Position numbers and translations under genes: made by a program. A DNA stretch of 64,000 nucleotides from the NCBI GenBank assembly GCA_963665115.1, contig OY762007.1, positions 3,808,001-3,872,000 of the forward strand. Reading direction: 5' to 3'. Below the pieces are notes generated by a model that ran no database searches, was not told the origin of the DNA, and was given only the letters and a program-made list of their open reading frames with translations. Numbering within the stretch: position 1 is the first letter of the stretch; each line of letters opens with the position of its first letter. Origin of the DNA: an uncultured Rivularia sp. (GTDB lineage Bacteria > Cyanobacteriota > Cyanobacteriia > Cyanobacteriales > Nostocaceae). Below, piece by piece: positions 61,680 to 64,000 of this stretch.

Positions 61680-62543
61680 ATGCGGCAACTAAAAGCTAAA
61701 TGGCTGGAAATGACCACATCCCAAGCAACTAAAACCGCCGTTCTGGTTATTGGAGGCGCAGAAGATAAGGTTCACGGACGAGAAATTCTGCGAACTTTTA
61801 TAGACCGTGCTGGTGCAAGAGATGCCCATATTACTATTATTCCCTCTGCTTCTCGGGAACCGAGTATTATTGGCGCTCGCTACGTAAATATTTTTGAAGA
61901 TATGGGAGTTAAAAAGGTTGAAATTTTAGATATTCGAGAGCGCGACCACTGTCACGACCGTTACTATAAGGAATCCCTCGAACAATGTACCGGAGTTTTT
62001 TTGACTGGTGGCGACCAATTACGTCTTTGCGGTGTCTTAGCTGATACGCCGGTTATGGATATAATCCGAGAGCGAGTCAAAACCGGAGAATTAACTTTAG
62101 CTGGTACTAGTGCCGGTGCTGCGGTGATGGGACATCATATGATTGCTGGAGGCGGTAGTGGAGAATCTCCCAATCGCTCTTTAGTTGATATGGCAACTGG
62201 CTTGGGTTTTATTCCCGAACTGATTGTTGACCAGCATTTTCACAACCGTAACCGCATCGTGCGTTTAATGAGTGCTATATCATCCCATCCAGATCGTTTG
62301 GGAATTGGCATTGATGAAGACACTTGTGCCATGTTTGAAAAAGACGGTTGGCTCGAAGTTATGGGTAAAGGAGCGGTGACAATTATCGATTCAAGCGAAC
62401 TTACTCATACCAACGAACCTCGTGTCGGAGCAACCGAACCCCTGAGTCTTCATAATTTACGAGTTCACGTTCTTTCTCATGGCGATCGCTATCATCTTTA
62501 TGGACGTACTGCGATACCATCTGTGGGGCGAATATCCAGCTGA
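61680..62543 (+). CDS. cphB: cyanophycinase
   Basis: IGGAEDK, TGGDQLRL, GTSAGA, DQHFHNRNR, GIDEDT; upstream of cphA. Confidence 0.96.
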   Translation: MRQLKAKWLEMTTSQATKTAVLVIGGAEDKVHGREILRTFIDRAGARDAHITIIPSASREPSIIGARYVNIFEDMGVKKVEILDIRERDHCHDRYYKESLEQCTGVFLTGGDQLRLCGVLADTPVMDIIRERVKTGELTLAGTSAGAAVMGHHMIAGGGSGESPNRSLVDMATGLGFIPELIVDQHFHNRNRIVRLMSAISSHPDRLGIGIDEDTCAMFEKDGWLEVMGKGAVTIIDSSELTHTNEPRVGATEPLSLHNLRVHVLSHGDRYHLYGRTAIPSVGRISS

Positions 62544-62721
62544 CGGGAATAGGTATATGTGGTTACACTGGGTTGACCGCGATTTTTGTTGCTGCATAAA
62601 AGCAAGGAAAATCACAATAATAGGAATAAATAATAAAAAAACTGTTATTCACGAACAGTTTTGCGGTCAATTCCAGTAAGAAACTAGAATTTTGGTTCCG
62701 AATCTCCATCTACCCTTAATC

Positions 62722-64000
62722 ATGAGAATCCTCAAGATCCAAACTTTACGCGGCCCAAACTACTGGAGCATTCGACGCCACAAGTTAATCGTCATGCGCC
62801 TCGATTTAGAAAACCTCGCTGAAACGCCTTCTAATGAAATCCCCGGTTTCTATGAAGGATTGGTCGAAGCATTACCTTCTTTGGAAGGTCATTACTGCTC
62901 CCCAGGCTGTCGTGGTGGTTTTCTGATGCGGGTGCGAGAAGGCACTATGATGGGTCACATTGCCGAACACGTGGCGCTAGAGCTTCAGGAATTAGCCGGA
63001 ATGCAAGCGGGCTTCGGTCGCACCCGCGAAACTGCGACTCCGGGAATTTATCAGGTAGTTTTCGAGTATTTAAATGAGGAAGCTGGACGGTATGCTGCAA
63101 GAGCTGCTGTACGGCTTTGTCAAAGTATTGTGGATAGAGGTCGCTATCCCCAGGCTGAATTAGAACAAGATTTACAAGATATTAAAGACCATTGGCGCGA
63201 TGCTTCTTTAGGGCCTTCTACTGAATCAATTGTCAATGAAGCCAAAAAAAGAGGTATCCCCTGGATGCCTTTGAGTGCAAGGTTTTTGATTCAACTCGGT
63301 TACGGAGCGCAGCAAAAGCGGATTCAAGCTACTATGACGGCTAATACCGGCATTTTAGGTGTAGAACTTGCTTGCGATAAAGAAGCTACTAAGCGCGTTC
63401 TCGAATCTTGTGGTGTACCCGTACCCAAAGGTACTGTAATTAATTTCTTCGACGATTTAGAAGATGCAGTTGATTATATTGGTGGCTATCCCATTGTCAT
63501 AAAACCCCTTGATGGCAACCACGGACGCGGTATTACTATTGATATCAGAAGTTGGGAAGAAGCTGAAGCGGCTTATGATGCTGCAAGGGCTGTTTCTCGC
63601 TCGGTAATTGTTGAGAAATACTACCTCGGACGCGACCATCGTGTATTAGTAGTCGATGGAAAACTTGTTGCAGTTTCCGAACGAGTACCGGCTCATGTGG
63701 TTGGTAACGGTAGGTCAACTATTGCCGATTTGGTTGAACAAACCAACAAAGACCCTAATCGCGGTGACGGGCATGATAATGTTCTGACTCGGATAATTTT
63801 AGACCGTAATAGCTATGCTTTGATGGAAAGGCAGGGTTTTACCCTTGATAGCATTTTAAATAAAAATGAAATTTGTTATTTACGAGCAACGGCGAATTTA
63901 TCCACGGGTGGTATTGCTGTAGACCGTACCGATGAAATTCATCCCCAAAATGTTTGGTTAGCTCAGCGAATAGTTAAAATAATTGGATTGGATATCGCCG
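62722..64000 (+). CDS. cphA: cyanophycin synthetase (3'-partial, runs off the window)
   Basis: ATG at 62722; MRILKIQTLRGPNYWSIRR..HYCSPGCRGGFLMR..KPLDGNHGRG..ATANLSTGG. Confidence 0.96.
   Translation, partial: MRILKIQTLRGPNYWSIRRHKLIVMRLDLENLAETPSNEIPGFYEGLVEALPSLEGHYCSPGCRGGFLMRVREGTMMGHIAEHVALELQELAGMQAGFGRTRETATPGIYQVVFEYLNEEAGRYAARAAVRLCQSIVDRGRYPQAELEQDLQDIKDHWRDASLGPSTESIVNEAKKRGIPWMPLSARFLIQLGYGAQQKRIQATMTANTGILGVELACDKEATKRVLESCGVPVPKGTVINFFDDLEDAVDYIGGYPIVIKPLDGNHGRGITIDIRSWEEAEAAYDAARAVSRSVIVEKYYLGRDHRVLVVDGKLVAVSERVPAHVVGNGRSTIADLVEQTNKDPNRGDGHDNVLTRIILDRNSYALMERQGFTLDSILNKNEICYLRATANLSTGGIAVDRTDEIHPQNVWLAQRIVKIIGLDIA

Noticed and set aside
2079..63639. Numerous short antisense or overlapping ORFs in the track
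   Set aside because: They lie within well-supported genes in other frames and show no motifs.

Overview
AT-rich chromosomal segment of a filamentous, most likely heterocyst-forming (Nostocales-type) cyanobacterium. This is supported by frequent HIP1 (GCGATCGC) sites, heptamer STRR arrays, small dispersed repeats/MITEs, flavodiiron, phycobiliprotein lyase and cyanophycin genes. Core blocks: dnaK3-dnaJ-J-domain-DUF3143; lysA-cdaA-uppS; rimI-clpC; rplS-tRNA-Trp-secE-nusG-rplKAJL; an RND efflux permease with two MFP paralogs; flv3A-flv1A; coaX; argH; larB; a peptide ABC binding protein; ispF-trmD; cphB-cphA (partial). Accessory blocks: (i) 14.1-21.5 kb, a signalling island with an NB-ARC ATPase, a membrane Ser/Thr kinase-WD40, a second kinase and an orphan sugar-binding lipoprotein; (ii) 46.3-50.9 kb, two HEAT-repeat paralogs with conserved ends and divergent middles that look like NTPase-less sensor modules of NACHT-HEAT proteins, bracketed by 54-bp direct repeats; (iii) an orphan Rpn C-terminal ORF, a tandem NuiA-like gene and a REC-truncated AraC regulator. 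Also present: an unannotated Arg/Lys-rich small gene downstream of a consensus NtcA promoter, a structured cphB leader and an RGY-repeat tail on DnaK3. Four genes carry a +1 base in a short homopolymer, most likely assembly errors. No CRISPR array, rRNA or intact transposase was seen. Family assignments come from motif recognition only; no searches were run.
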